Below the pieces are notes generated by a model. That model saw only the letters and a list, made by a program, of their open reading frames with translations. It was not told where the DNA came from and made no database searches. 64,000 nt of DNA from Fimbriimonadia bacterium (GTDB lineage Bacteria; Armatimonadota; Fimbriimonadia; Fimbriimonadales; JABRVX01), in contig JBGPGO010000003.1 in NCBI GenBank assembly GCA_041483895.1, positions 1-64,000 on the forward strand, given 5' to 3'. A program made the translations under genes and the position numbers. Below, piece after piece: positions 52,680-61,290 of this stretch (its first letter is position 1; each line of letters opens with the position of its first letter).

Positions 52680-54575
52680 GTGGTGCGGGCACACCCCACG
52701 GTCTTTCTCTTCATGGCGGTTGCTTCCTATGGTCAGGTCGGCAGATTTTCCTCCGCGTTGCCGGTGCGCCTGACCTCTTTCGAAGTCTCGGCGAACGGAT
52801 TTCACATGAGAAACGATTCGTCCAAAACCATGTTCAGCTTCCCATCGAATGGTCGCGTCAGATTTTCACAGCCTGCGGATTGGGTATCGAAAACCGTTCT
52901 CGCGTCCGACCTCCCTGGGGGCCCGCAGAAGCTAAACCTCCGGCTCAACATTCCCGGTTTCGGCGCACTGTTTGGGGAGCAAATGCGGATAACCATACAT
53001 GGAACGGCAATCGGCTATATTACGTGGCCGGAAGGTACCGTTGGCGTTGGCGTGCCTGCCGCCCCAACCGCCCCCTGGTATCTGCTTTCTTTTGCGCCCG
53101 CCGGTCCGATCGTCGCAATTGCGTTTTTGAACCACCCGTCTGAGATTAAACTGGAGAAAGACGCGTCGGGGGACTTGGAGCTTGTTGCCACTCGGCCTGG
53201 CGGCATTGGATGGGTTCGGTTCTTAACGCCATTCGGCAACGCCACAAAGGGCGCGACAACCGCGGCGGAATTCGGCAAAATTTCAACAGATGCCAAGCCC
53301 TTGCTCGATCGGCTCGCCCAATGGCAACCGAATCCGAAACCGACTCCCAAGATAATAGTTCACCTCGGAATCGGTGCGGTGTCGATTATCGAACCTGCCT
53401 CTGATGGATTGTCCATACTGCCTCCGGCCGTCGCGCTTGCCGCATCAAAAGTCCTTGCCAAAGTCTGGTCCGGCGATAAGCAGTTCCAAGCGCCGACCGC
53501 GGAAGGTCCGCTGATATTCTATCGAGGCAGCCTGGAATATGCGATGCCAATCCCGCGAACCGCGCCGATAATTCCGGCCGATCTCTCGCTCGCGGCGGGA
53601 CTGCGCCTGTCCGTGCCGGATGGGAGTTCGGAAAATGCTCTGCTGACTCGATACGTGCTTCGTTCCTACTTGAGTGAAAAAGAATACGAGGAGTTGGCCG
53701 GCCAACTGGCCGCCTCAGCGGCCCACCTGCTCGATGCCGCAAGTTGGCAGACCTGGATCGAGCCCAATTCCGGTTTGCGGCTGCAGAGATTAATGGACGG
53801 TGATGAAAACGTCGTCGAGCGCCATGCGAGAGCAGCCTGCGTATTGTGCGCCGCCGCGCAAATGCGGCCGGATCTGATGACTCCGGCGTTGAGAGATGCC
53901 ATCCGGCGATGCATTAGTGTCGTAATGGCGTTCATGGACTGGGCGATTCTGGCCCCCAGATACAACGATGCCGATCTGTCGGCGGATGCTCTGGGCATGT
54001 GCCTGATGGCAACCGAAATGGCGGCACAGATCGAATGGCGCGACGATCCCTGGGATGGCGAGCTCGCCACGACCGCGGCACGCCTTGCGCTCCACGCCAA
54101 CCTTCGCTTTGCATTCGGGCCATATACAAAGGAAGCAATCATTGCAAATGGCCTCGCGGCCCCCTGCCTGTTGACGACCGTCTGGCAAGGCGGCCGGGTT
54201 CGCTCGGCGATCCATCTCCTCGGACCCGCCGGGAATGAAACTCTCGCGGATCTCGACGGCCGCGGAAAAGACACATCCGTGACGGTGCGAGCATGGGTTG
54301 CGGCCCAAAAGTCTCCGGTGGCTCTTCGTCCCGTTGTCCAAGATCGAATCGAACGATGCGAATTTGACAGCCGAGATCCGAGGGAGTTTCGCGCGGCGAT
54401 GACACCTGGACCGGGTTTCGTATTTCAATTCGGCGCAAAAAAACCTGTGACCAAAGTCGCCATAGATGGTAAGCGGTTAAAGCCGAAAAAGGGCAAATCG
54501 GGGGATTGGTCGGTCTGGGTGCCGGCACTTGCCGAATCGCAGATCCTGACTATCTACTTGCAGACAGGATCGTAG
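52680..54575 (+). CDS. Secreted hypothetical protein
   Basis: 631-aa ORF 3 nt after the previous stop; signal-like N-terminus. Confidence 0.65.
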   Translation: MVRAHPTVFLFMAVASYGQVGRFSSALPVRLTSFEVSANGFHMRNDSSKTMFSFPSNGRVRFSQPADWVSKTVLASDLPGGPQKLNLRLNIPGFGALFGEQMRITIHGTAIGYITWPEGTVGVGVPAAPTAPWYLLSFAPAGPIVAIAFLNHPSEIKLEKDASGDLELVATRPGGIGWVRFLTPFGNATKGATTAAEFGKISTDAKPLLDRLAQWQPNPKPTPKIIVHLGIGAVSIIEPASDGLSILPPAVALAASKVLAKVWSGDKQFQAPTAEGPLIFYRGSLEYAMPIPRTAPIIPADLSLAAGLRLSVPDGSSENALLTRYVLRSYLSEKEYEELAGQLAASAAHLLDAASWQTWIEPNSGLRLQRLMDGDENVVERHARAACVLCAAAQMRPDLMTPALRDAIRRCISVVMAFMDWAILAPRYNDADLSADALGMCLMATEMAAQIEWRDDPWDGELATTAARLALHANLRFAFGPYTKEAIIANGLAAPCLLTTVWQGGRVRSAIHLLGPAGNETLADLDGRGKDTSVTVRAWVAAQKSPVALRPVVQDRIERCEFDSRDPREFRAAMTPGPGFVFQFGAKKPVTKVAIDGKRLKPKKGKSGDWSVWVPALAESQILTIYLQTGS

Positions 54576-56088
54576 GCCGTTGCCAATGTTCGTCGTCCGG
54601 CAATGGGAAATCTTCATTGAAATGCGTCCCGCGACTCTCGGTGCGCAACAGCGCGCATTCGACAATCGCCTCCGCTGTGGTGACCAGATTTGCGGCCTCA
54701 AATCCGGATATTTCCAGGGGTTCCTGGGCCAGTGCGATCTCGCTGAGACGGGTCTTGGCATCTCGCAGTCCGGCGGTGTGGCGAACAATGCCGACCTCAT
54801 CCCACATCAGTTGCTGTACCACATCCCGGACGGCATCCGCGTCTCTCACGGAGAAAATATTCGGTTCGGGCACTTTCCCAACATCCATAGCAGGTTGATT
54901 GGCAGCCTGCTGCGCTGCGCGTTCGCCAAACACCAACGCCTCGAGAAGGGAGTTGCTGGCCAGCCGATTCGCGCCGTGCAGTCCGGTGTATGCAACCTCC
55001 CCGGCGGCAAACAGGCGCGGGATGCTTGTGGCCGCGTCGTGGTCGGTCCAAACGCCCCCGCACAGATAGTGGGCGGCCGGCGCAACGGGAATTTTCTCCT
55101 GCGTAATATCGAGTCCGATGGACAGGCATCGCTCGTAGATGCCGGGATAATCGCGGCGAATCTTGTCCGAACCAATCTTCGTCATGTCCAAGAATACGCA
55201 CGACTCTCCCGTCCGCTTCATTTCTTTCGCAATCGCGCGCGACACGATATCTCGCGGCGCCAACTCGGCCAACGGATGGATGCCCACCATGAACCGCTCT
55301 CCGGTTGAATTGTGGAGCGTCGCGCCGTCGCCTCTCGCGCGTTCTGAGATCAGAAATGAACGCGCCGACGGATGCGCGAGGGCCGTTGGGTGGAATTGGA
55401 TGAACTCCATATTCGCTACGTCCGCGCCGGCTCTTCTCGCAATCGCGATCCCATCGCCCGTGGCGATCGGCGGATTCGTAGTATAGCGGTAGACCCTGCC
55501 GCAACCGCCGCATGCCAAGACTGTGGCGCGAGCGAGAACAGGGTGCAGGCGCTTGGACCGGCTTTCAAACAGCCATGCGCCGACGCACGCCCCATCGACC
55601 ATGATCAGATCGACGGCGCTGCAGTATTCCAAAATAGAAATCCGATCGCAGGCATGCGTTGCGGATACCAAGGCGCGCTCGATCTCGCGGCCCGTGTGAT
55701 CCGCGCTATGGATGATCCGGTCTCGGCTGTGCCCACCCTCCCTGCCGAGAAGAATTTGCGGCAGTCCTTCCGTACTGCCGGACTGATCAAATTCTGCCCC
55801 AAGATCGATCAGCCACCGAACGAGTCGCGGCCCCTCCTGGGTGACCATCCTTACCACTACCGGATCGCAGATACCGGCACCGGCAACCAGCGTGTCTTGT
55901 TCATGAAGCTGCCAGGAGTCATCCTCGCCAATCGACGCCGCGATGCCACCCTGCGCGTAGGCCGTATTCGATTCGGGAAGGTCCTTCTTCGTGGCCACCG
56001 CAATGGAACCGGATTCTTGTGCCTTCAGAGCAAACGTGAGTCCGGCAATGCCGCTTCCGATTACCAGAAAATCAACTTGGTCAATCAC
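54550..56088 (-). CDS. nadB: L-aspartate oxidase
   Basis: IGSGIAG, SNTAYAQGGIA, REGGHS..RI.H, QFHPT, ELAPRDIVSRAI, GLHGANRLASNSLLE. Confidence 0.95.
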   Translation of the reverse strand: MIDQVDFLVIGSGIAGLTFALKAQESGSIAVATKKDLPESNTAYAQGGIAASIGEDDSWQLHEQDTLVAGAGICDPVVVRMVTQEGPRLVRWLIDLGAEFDQSGSTEGLPQILLGREGGHSRDRIIHSADHTGREIERALVSATHACDRISILEYCSAVDLIMVDGACVGAWLFESRSKRLHPVLARATVLACGGCGRVYRYTTNPPIATGDGIAIARRAGADVANMEFIQFHPTALAHPSARSFLISERARGDGATLHNSTGERFMVGIHPLAELAPRDIVSRAIAKEMKRTGESCVFLDMTKIGSDKIRRDYPGIYERCLSIGLDITQEKIPVAPAAHYLCGGVWTDHDAATSIPRLFAAGEVAYTGLHGANRLASNSLLEALVFGERAAQQAANQPAMDVGKVPEPNIFSVRDADAVRDVVQQLMWDEVGIVRHTAGLRDAKTRLSEIALAQEPLEISGFEAANLVTTAEAIVECALLRTESRGTHFNEDFPLPDDEHWQRPTILSASR

Positions 56089-56726
56089 GAATGATCATCC
56101 GATGGGCCCGCGTGGAAAGAAAGCACCGCCAGCTCCTGCAAAAAGGATACGTCGCGGACGAAGATGTTGGCCGCCATCTTGATGTGAGTGGGCGCGAAGT
56201 TCAATATGAGATCCATTCCCGCTCGAACGCAATGCTCCGCGACCTCCTGTGCGGCGCTCGACGGAACCGCCAGGATCGCGATCCGCGCCCCGATCTCCCT
56301 GTTGACCGACTCCAAATCATTGATATCCAGAATCTCCGTATCCCAAAGCTTTCGACCAATTTTCGCGAAGTTATTGTCGAAAACCGCCCTGATTTCGAAA
56401 TTGTGCTCCGCCATGCCAGGGTATCCGACGAGGGCGGCGCCGAGGTTGCCCGCGCCGATAAGGACGACCGGCTGGGGGGAATCGATACGAAGGATTCGGG
56501 CAATCTTTCTTTGCAGAGAGGCCACGTCGTACCCCACGCCGGGTTTGCCGAACATCCCGAAATAGGACAGGTCCTTGCGAAATTGCGAGGCGTCAACGCC
56601 CGTGCATACCTCAACTTCCGCGGATGAGATTGTCGCGCTGCCGTTGGAGGACAGTTCGACCAACATCCTCATGTAGGTGGCGAGGCGTTCGAGCGTTGGT
56701 ATCGGTACCTTGGGCGGAGATGGCAT
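56085..56726 (-). CDS. rex: Redox-sensing repressor Rex
   Basis: PT..RL..Y.R.L, ISS, Q.RKDLSYFG.FG..G.GY.V, IGAGNLG.AL, ILNFAP; start uncertain. Confidence 0.95.
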   Translation of the reverse strand: MPSPPKVPIPTLERLATYMRMLVELSSNGSATISSAEVEVCTGVDASQFRKDLSYFGMFGKPGVGYDVASLQRKIARILRIDSPQPVVLIGAGNLGAALVGYPGMAEHNFEIRAVFDNNFAKIGRKLWDTEILDINDLESVNREIGARIAILAVPSSAAQEVAEHCVRAGMDLILNFAPTHIKMAANIFVRDVSFLQELAVLSFHAGPSDDHS

Positions 56727-56844
56727 TCGGTGCATTCCTGAGCAACTAATTGCAGAAAATTCTACCTGCCTTTGTGCAATTTGGATCAAAGTTTGGGCTA
56801 ACTTCAGGTTCCAGACAGCGGAAACTACCTTAAAGATATTTAAC

Positions 56845-56873
56845 TTGCCCGAAGCATGCCCCCATGTTATACT
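56845..56873 (+). promoter_or_regulatory. sigma70 promoter for the 56988 operon
   Basis: TTGCCC-17 nt-TATACT with extended TG. Confidence 0.6.
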
Positions 56874-56987
56874 TCTCTATGCCGTGCGACCGGCAATGCT
56901 GCGAATTTTAGGGGGTTTCTCCGGCGTTCGGCGACTATCTGGCCAGTAGTTGGCTAGCTATTTGCACGTTAGAGGAAGGGCATTGAA

Positions 56988-57476
56988 ATGATCATCACCG
57001 CTTTGCGGCGCAATATTGCGTTAAGCCCGATGGAGGCCCAGGGGTCTGGTGGAAACCAGGTATTGGCATCCCCTGGCCAGATGCCGATCACAATCGTACC
57101 CACGACGGAAGTGACCCAGTTCTCCTCCGGTGTGTTGCTCAGAACCACCTATAATTCCGAATCAACCGCGGTCAAGACTCTTTCCTGGTACTGTGGAAAC
57201 TGCTATCCGGACAAGCAAATCTACATCAAATGGTCGGTAGCTCCCACCGGCGGCACAAAGTATTATTTGAAAGTCCAGTGGTGCCCGTGGGATTCGAGCG
57301 TGGATGCCGATTGGGTCGACGATGGACCTAACCCAATCACATTCGACGCTTCGGCCGCCGCTGCGCGACTGATCATTCAAGCCAACAGATACGGCATGTA
57401 TCTGCGGCTTAAGGTGTGGCAGAACGGGCCGGTTGACCTTACGTTCGACGCATTTGGTTTGGGTAAGTGGAGTTAG
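56988..57476 (+). CDS. Small beta-rich hypothetical protein
   Basis: 162 aa, SD-like AGAGGAAGG upstream; 3 nt before the next gene. Confidence 0.7.
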   Translation: MIITALRRNIALSPMEAQGSGGNQVLASPGQMPITIVPTTEVTQFSSGVLLRTTYNSESTAVKTLSWYCGNCYPDKQIYIKWSVAPTGGTKYYLKVQWCPWDSSVDADWVDDGPNPITFDASAAAARLIIQANRYGMYLRLKVWQNGPVDLTFDAFGLGKWS

Positions 57477-57479
57477 GCC

Positions 57480-59108
57480 ATGGCCGGCAGTGGAATCTGC
57501 GTGGTCATGCCGTTTCGGCTTGGGTTTCGAGAGAACTGGAGAACGCCGAATGTCAAGGCGATGTGGCTCACCCTGAAGCGATTGCTGGAGGGACGGGGAG
57601 CATCCGGGTTCGATGTTTGCGATCTCGATGATGTTCCGTTCCGCAGGTCTCTGACAGCGACCAGCAGGGAAGTGAGTGAAAGGATCTATCCGAACGCGCC
57701 CTACCACTCTTACATCTACCCCTATTTCGATTATTTCGGCGGGCTGGATGATAGCACACACATGACTATGCGGCCGGTGAGCCTGCCGCAGCAATGGGTG
57801 AACGATCTCAACTCGCCGGACGATGTGCATCATTACGTCTTCGGATACATGACTCCAGACGACCTTCATCATTTCTGGCCGGACGGTTCGGACGGACCGG
57901 GGCTCTTCGCCGGAAACGGTTCGACAGCGTATTACCCGACCGTTGAAGCGCCGGTGACGTGCACGATCGGCAATCAGACAGCGTCGGCCTTTTCCGGCAC
58001 CATGAGAGTCACTGTGCCGGCAATTCCGGCCTCAGTAGTGCCGATCTTAATAAACGCTGACGGTGGCATTGGAGCATGGACCTATCGGCAAAAGTGGCAC
58101 TATTGGTGCGGGCTGCACACAAACGATAACTTCTGGTATACCGCTCCTTGGTACACATTCCTCCTCGGCACCCTTGCACACATCACCAAGGTCCGGCATA
58201 AGGACATCACCACGAATCGCATTCGCGTTTGGATTGATGTCGATGATCTGTGCCGAAACGGAATTACAAACTGGTATCAAAGGGGTGAGGGCGATCCGAA
58301 TGGCATTGTTCGGTTCGCCAATGCCGCCTATGTAAAGGGCTTTGGACGCCCGAATCTTTGCGTCGAGTCGACCCTGCCGTCTCTGCAGGGCAGTCCCAAT
58401 TTGGTGAATACCATCCGAACTCTGGCTATTCAGGGACTCGCTCAAGTCAATCCCCATTGCCACGAATCCCCCTACAAAGACATCATTGATTTCTTGGCAA
58501 TCGATACGGAAGCAAAGGGTGTTGCCTACCTTAGACAGGCCTGGAAGGCACTGGAATCTTTTGGGATTCCGGTCTACAGGAAGTATCTCTCCGGACCTGG
58601 AAACGCCGTTACCGAGCCGTTTATGCGCGCTGCGGCCTCCATGGGAGTTCAGCTCATGCGGGGTGGAGACTGGGTAGCGAAGTATCAAGGCAGCGTGCAG
58701 CCGATGCATGTTGGTTGCACTTCCCGCGTTCCACGGCTTCAGTCGTACACCGGTTTGCCAATGTGGCGGACGGGAAAATACACAGGTTTGTACGTTGATG
58801 GCGCCGCGGTGCCGTACACGTGGGCCACTCTTGCGGCAAAGTCCCAATGGCCGGTAGACAAGTGCCGTTCGAATATGCTGTCGTTCGAATTCATGGAGAT
58901 TTTGTTCGGCTCAGACCGGATCGAAACTCACGGATTCACAGATCGAACCCACTGCCAGCCGTCGGCCCATCTTGTCTTTCACCCAAACGCTCTTTATGAT
59001 GACAACTGCGGTATCGACATCCTCGACTGGCTCTCCCAATGGAACAAAATATATCCTTACTACGAGGGCGAAGACGATGCGGTCCGATTCGCCACTTGTG
59101 GCAGCTAA
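57480..59108 (+). CDS. Hypothetical protein with deacetylase-like (NodB-fold) motifs, copy 1
   Basis: WIDVDD and PHCHE metal-site-like motifs, GPGN, LVFHP. Confidence 0.75.
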   Translation: MAGSGICVVMPFRLGFRENWRTPNVKAMWLTLKRLLEGRGASGFDVCDLDDVPFRRSLTATSREVSERIYPNAPYHSYIYPYFDYFGGLDDSTHMTMRPVSLPQQWVNDLNSPDDVHHYVFGYMTPDDLHHFWPDGSDGPGLFAGNGSTAYYPTVEAPVTCTIGNQTASAFSGTMRVTVPAIPASVVPILINADGGIGAWTYRQKWHYWCGLHTNDNFWYTAPWYTFLLGTLAHITKVRHKDITTNRIRVWIDVDDLCRNGITNWYQRGEGDPNGIVRFANAAYVKGFGRPNLCVESTLPSLQGSPNLVNTIRTLAIQGLAQVNPHCHESPYKDIIDFLAIDTEAKGVAYLRQAWKALESFGIPVYRKYLSGPGNAVTEPFMRAAASMGVQLMRGGDWVAKYQGSVQPMHVGCTSRVPRLQSYTGLPMWRTGKYTGLYVDGAAVPYTWATLAAKSQWPVDKCRSNMLSFEFMEILFGSDRIETHGFTDRTHCQPSAHLVFHPNALYDDNCGIDILDWLSQWNKIYPYYEGEDDAVRFATCGS

Positions 59109-59254
59109 CAGCCTAGCGTTGTAAGCCGAACAACTATTGTGCCATGGATTCTCATGGCTTCGCCGCTTCGAGCATGGAAGCATATGAGGAGAAGCACGGA
59201 TGTCGACGGTCCAAATTTGTTATAGAACTGCCAGGTGCATAACGGAGTGATACG

Positions 59255-59512
59255 ATGAAATGGAATCTCGGAACGAAGTCTACGGTTTTCGTCGTCACGG
59301 CGGCGGCGTTAGGGGGCATTTTCCTGGCGTTTGCTCCGGAACCAAGCAGGGAAAAACCGGCCTCGGCGAAGCCAATCGGCAACGTCGAACCCGGATTCTG
59401 CCTTTCCCGCCACGGCGGCGCCGGCTTTGTCGTCGCGCCGGCGGACGGTGGCACCAAGTCCCTTTTCGTTTACGTCCCGTTCGATGCCTATGGCCTAGGC
59501 AAGTGGAGCTAG
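59255..59512 (+). CDS. Chimeric ORF: cytochrome N-terminus fused to the C-terminus of the 56988 protein (possibly a pseudogene)
   Basis: First ~72 aa match the 61291 gene; ends FDAYGLGKWS like 56988 (FDAFGLGKWS). Confidence 0.75.
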   Translation: MKWNLGTKSTVFVVTAAALGGIFLAFAPEPSREKPASAKPIGNVEPGFCLSRHGGAGFVVAPADGGTKSLFVYVPFDAYGLGKWS

Positions 59513-59515
59513 GCC

Positions 59516-61144
59516 ATGGCCGGCAGTGGAATATGCGTTGTTCTGCCGTTCAGGATAGGGTTTAAGCAAGACGGGCGGTCCCCGAATACTCGGGTCCAAT
59601 GGCTGACCCTATCGCGCATGCTCAAAGGACGCGGCGCATCGGGATTCGATGTCTGTGACTTGACTGAAGTGCCGTTCAGGCGTTCGCTGACCGCTACCAG
59701 CCGGGAAGTTGTAGACGGTATCTATCCAAATGCGCCCTATCACTCCTACATCTACCCCTATTTTGGCTACTACGGCGGTTTGGACGACGGGACTCACATC
59801 ACAATGCGCCCGATCAGTGTCCCACAGCAGTGGGTCAACGATCTGAATTCTCCGAGCGACGTTCATCATTACGTGTTCGGATACATGTTGCCGGACGATC
59901 TTCACCAAATATGGCCCGACGGCTCGGATGGTCCAGGCCTGTTTTCCGGCACCGGCGCGACCACCTACTACTCCAACGATGAGGAGGCGATGACCATTTC
60001 GGCTGGAGGGCAGACTGCGGTCACCTATTCCGGGGCGCTGAAGATTAGCGTTCCTACTATGCCTGCAACGGTCTTGCCGATCATGACGAGCGGGACCGGG
60101 GGCATCGGCGCATGGACCTATCGGGGCAAGTGGCACTATTGGTGCGGACTATATCCGCCTGCCAGCTTTTTCTTTGCCGTGCCTTGGTATGCATTCCTCC
60201 TTTGGAGCCTTGCCCACATCACAAAGGTCCGCCACAAGGACCTGAAGACAAATCGCATCCGTGTCTGGATCGATGTCGATGACCTGTGTCGAAGTGGCGT
60301 CGTGTCTTGGTACCAAAAGGGAGAACAGGACCCGCATGGGATTGAACGTTTTGCGCAGGCAGCTTTTCAAAGAGGATTTGGCTTGCCGAATCTTGCGACA
60401 GAGGCCGTTTTGCCATCGCTCCAAGGCAGTCCGAATCTGGTCAACATGATCAAGACACTGTGTTATCAAGGGTTGGTACGTGTCCATCCTCACTCTCACG
60501 AATCGCCGTACGGCAACATCATCGATTTTCTCTCCATCGACACCGAGGAAAAGGGCTTACAGTACTTGCGCCAAAGCTGGGACTCGCTCGCTTACATGGG
60601 GATCCCGGTTTACAAGAAATACTTAAGCTGCCCAGGGAATGTCGTCAGAGAACCGTTCATGCGGGCGGCAGCGTCCATGGGGGTGCAATTGGTACGCGGT
60701 GGCGATTGGGTCGCCAGCTATACCGGAAGCGTGCAACCTATGCATATAGGCGCCACTTCGCCGCTCCGTCGATTTGCTTCCGGGATCGGCAACAATATGT
60801 GGCGGACAGGTAAGTATACTGGACTTGGAGTTGATACTGCCAACCATCCTTTCACTTGGGAGAACCTTGGGATCAAGTCTAATTGGCAAGAAGGAAGGAT
60901 GCGCGCGGACACCCTGTCTGCTCACTTCCGCGAAATCCTTTTCGGTTCAGACCGAATCGAGGCACATGGTTTCCCGGATCGAACCCATTGCCAGCCGTCG
61001 GCCCATCTTGTCTTTCATCCGAGCGCCCTTTACGACGACAATTGCGGCATCGACGTCCTCGAATGGCTCTACCAATGGAACAAACTATATCCCTATTTCG
61101 AGGGAGAGAGCGACGTGGTGCGATTCGCCACCTGCGGCAGCTAA
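59516..61144 (+). CDS. Hypothetical protein with deacetylase-like motifs, copy 2
   Basis: Colinear 542-aa paralogue of 57480; WIDVDD, PHSHE. Confidence 0.75.
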   Translation: MAGSGICVVLPFRIGFKQDGRSPNTRVQWLTLSRMLKGRGASGFDVCDLTEVPFRRSLTATSREVVDGIYPNAPYHSYIYPYFGYYGGLDDGTHITMRPISVPQQWVNDLNSPSDVHHYVFGYMLPDDLHQIWPDGSDGPGLFSGTGATTYYSNDEEAMTISAGGQTAVTYSGALKISVPTMPATVLPIMTSGTGGIGAWTYRGKWHYWCGLYPPASFFFAVPWYAFLLWSLAHITKVRHKDLKTNRIRVWIDVDDLCRSGVVSWYQKGEQDPHGIERFAQAAFQRGFGLPNLATEAVLPSLQGSPNLVNMIKTLCYQGLVRVHPHSHESPYGNIIDFLSIDTEEKGLQYLRQSWDSLAYMGIPVYKKYLSCPGNVVREPFMRAAASMGVQLVRGGDWVASYTGSVQPMHIGATSPLRRFASGIGNNMWRTGKYTGLGVDTANHPFTWENLGIKSNWQEGRMRADTLSAHFREILFGSDRIEAHGFPDRTHCQPSAHLVFHPSALYDDNCGIDVLEWLYQWNKLYPYFEGESDVVRFATCGS

Positions 61145-61290
61145 CCGCCTAGCATTGTAATCCGAATAACTCTTGTGCCATGGATTCTAATAGCTTCTCC
61201 GCTTCGCGCATTCAAGCATAATAAGAAAAGCACGGAAGTTGGCGGTCTAAACTTGTAACAGATCCGCCAAGTGCATAACGGAGTTTTGCG

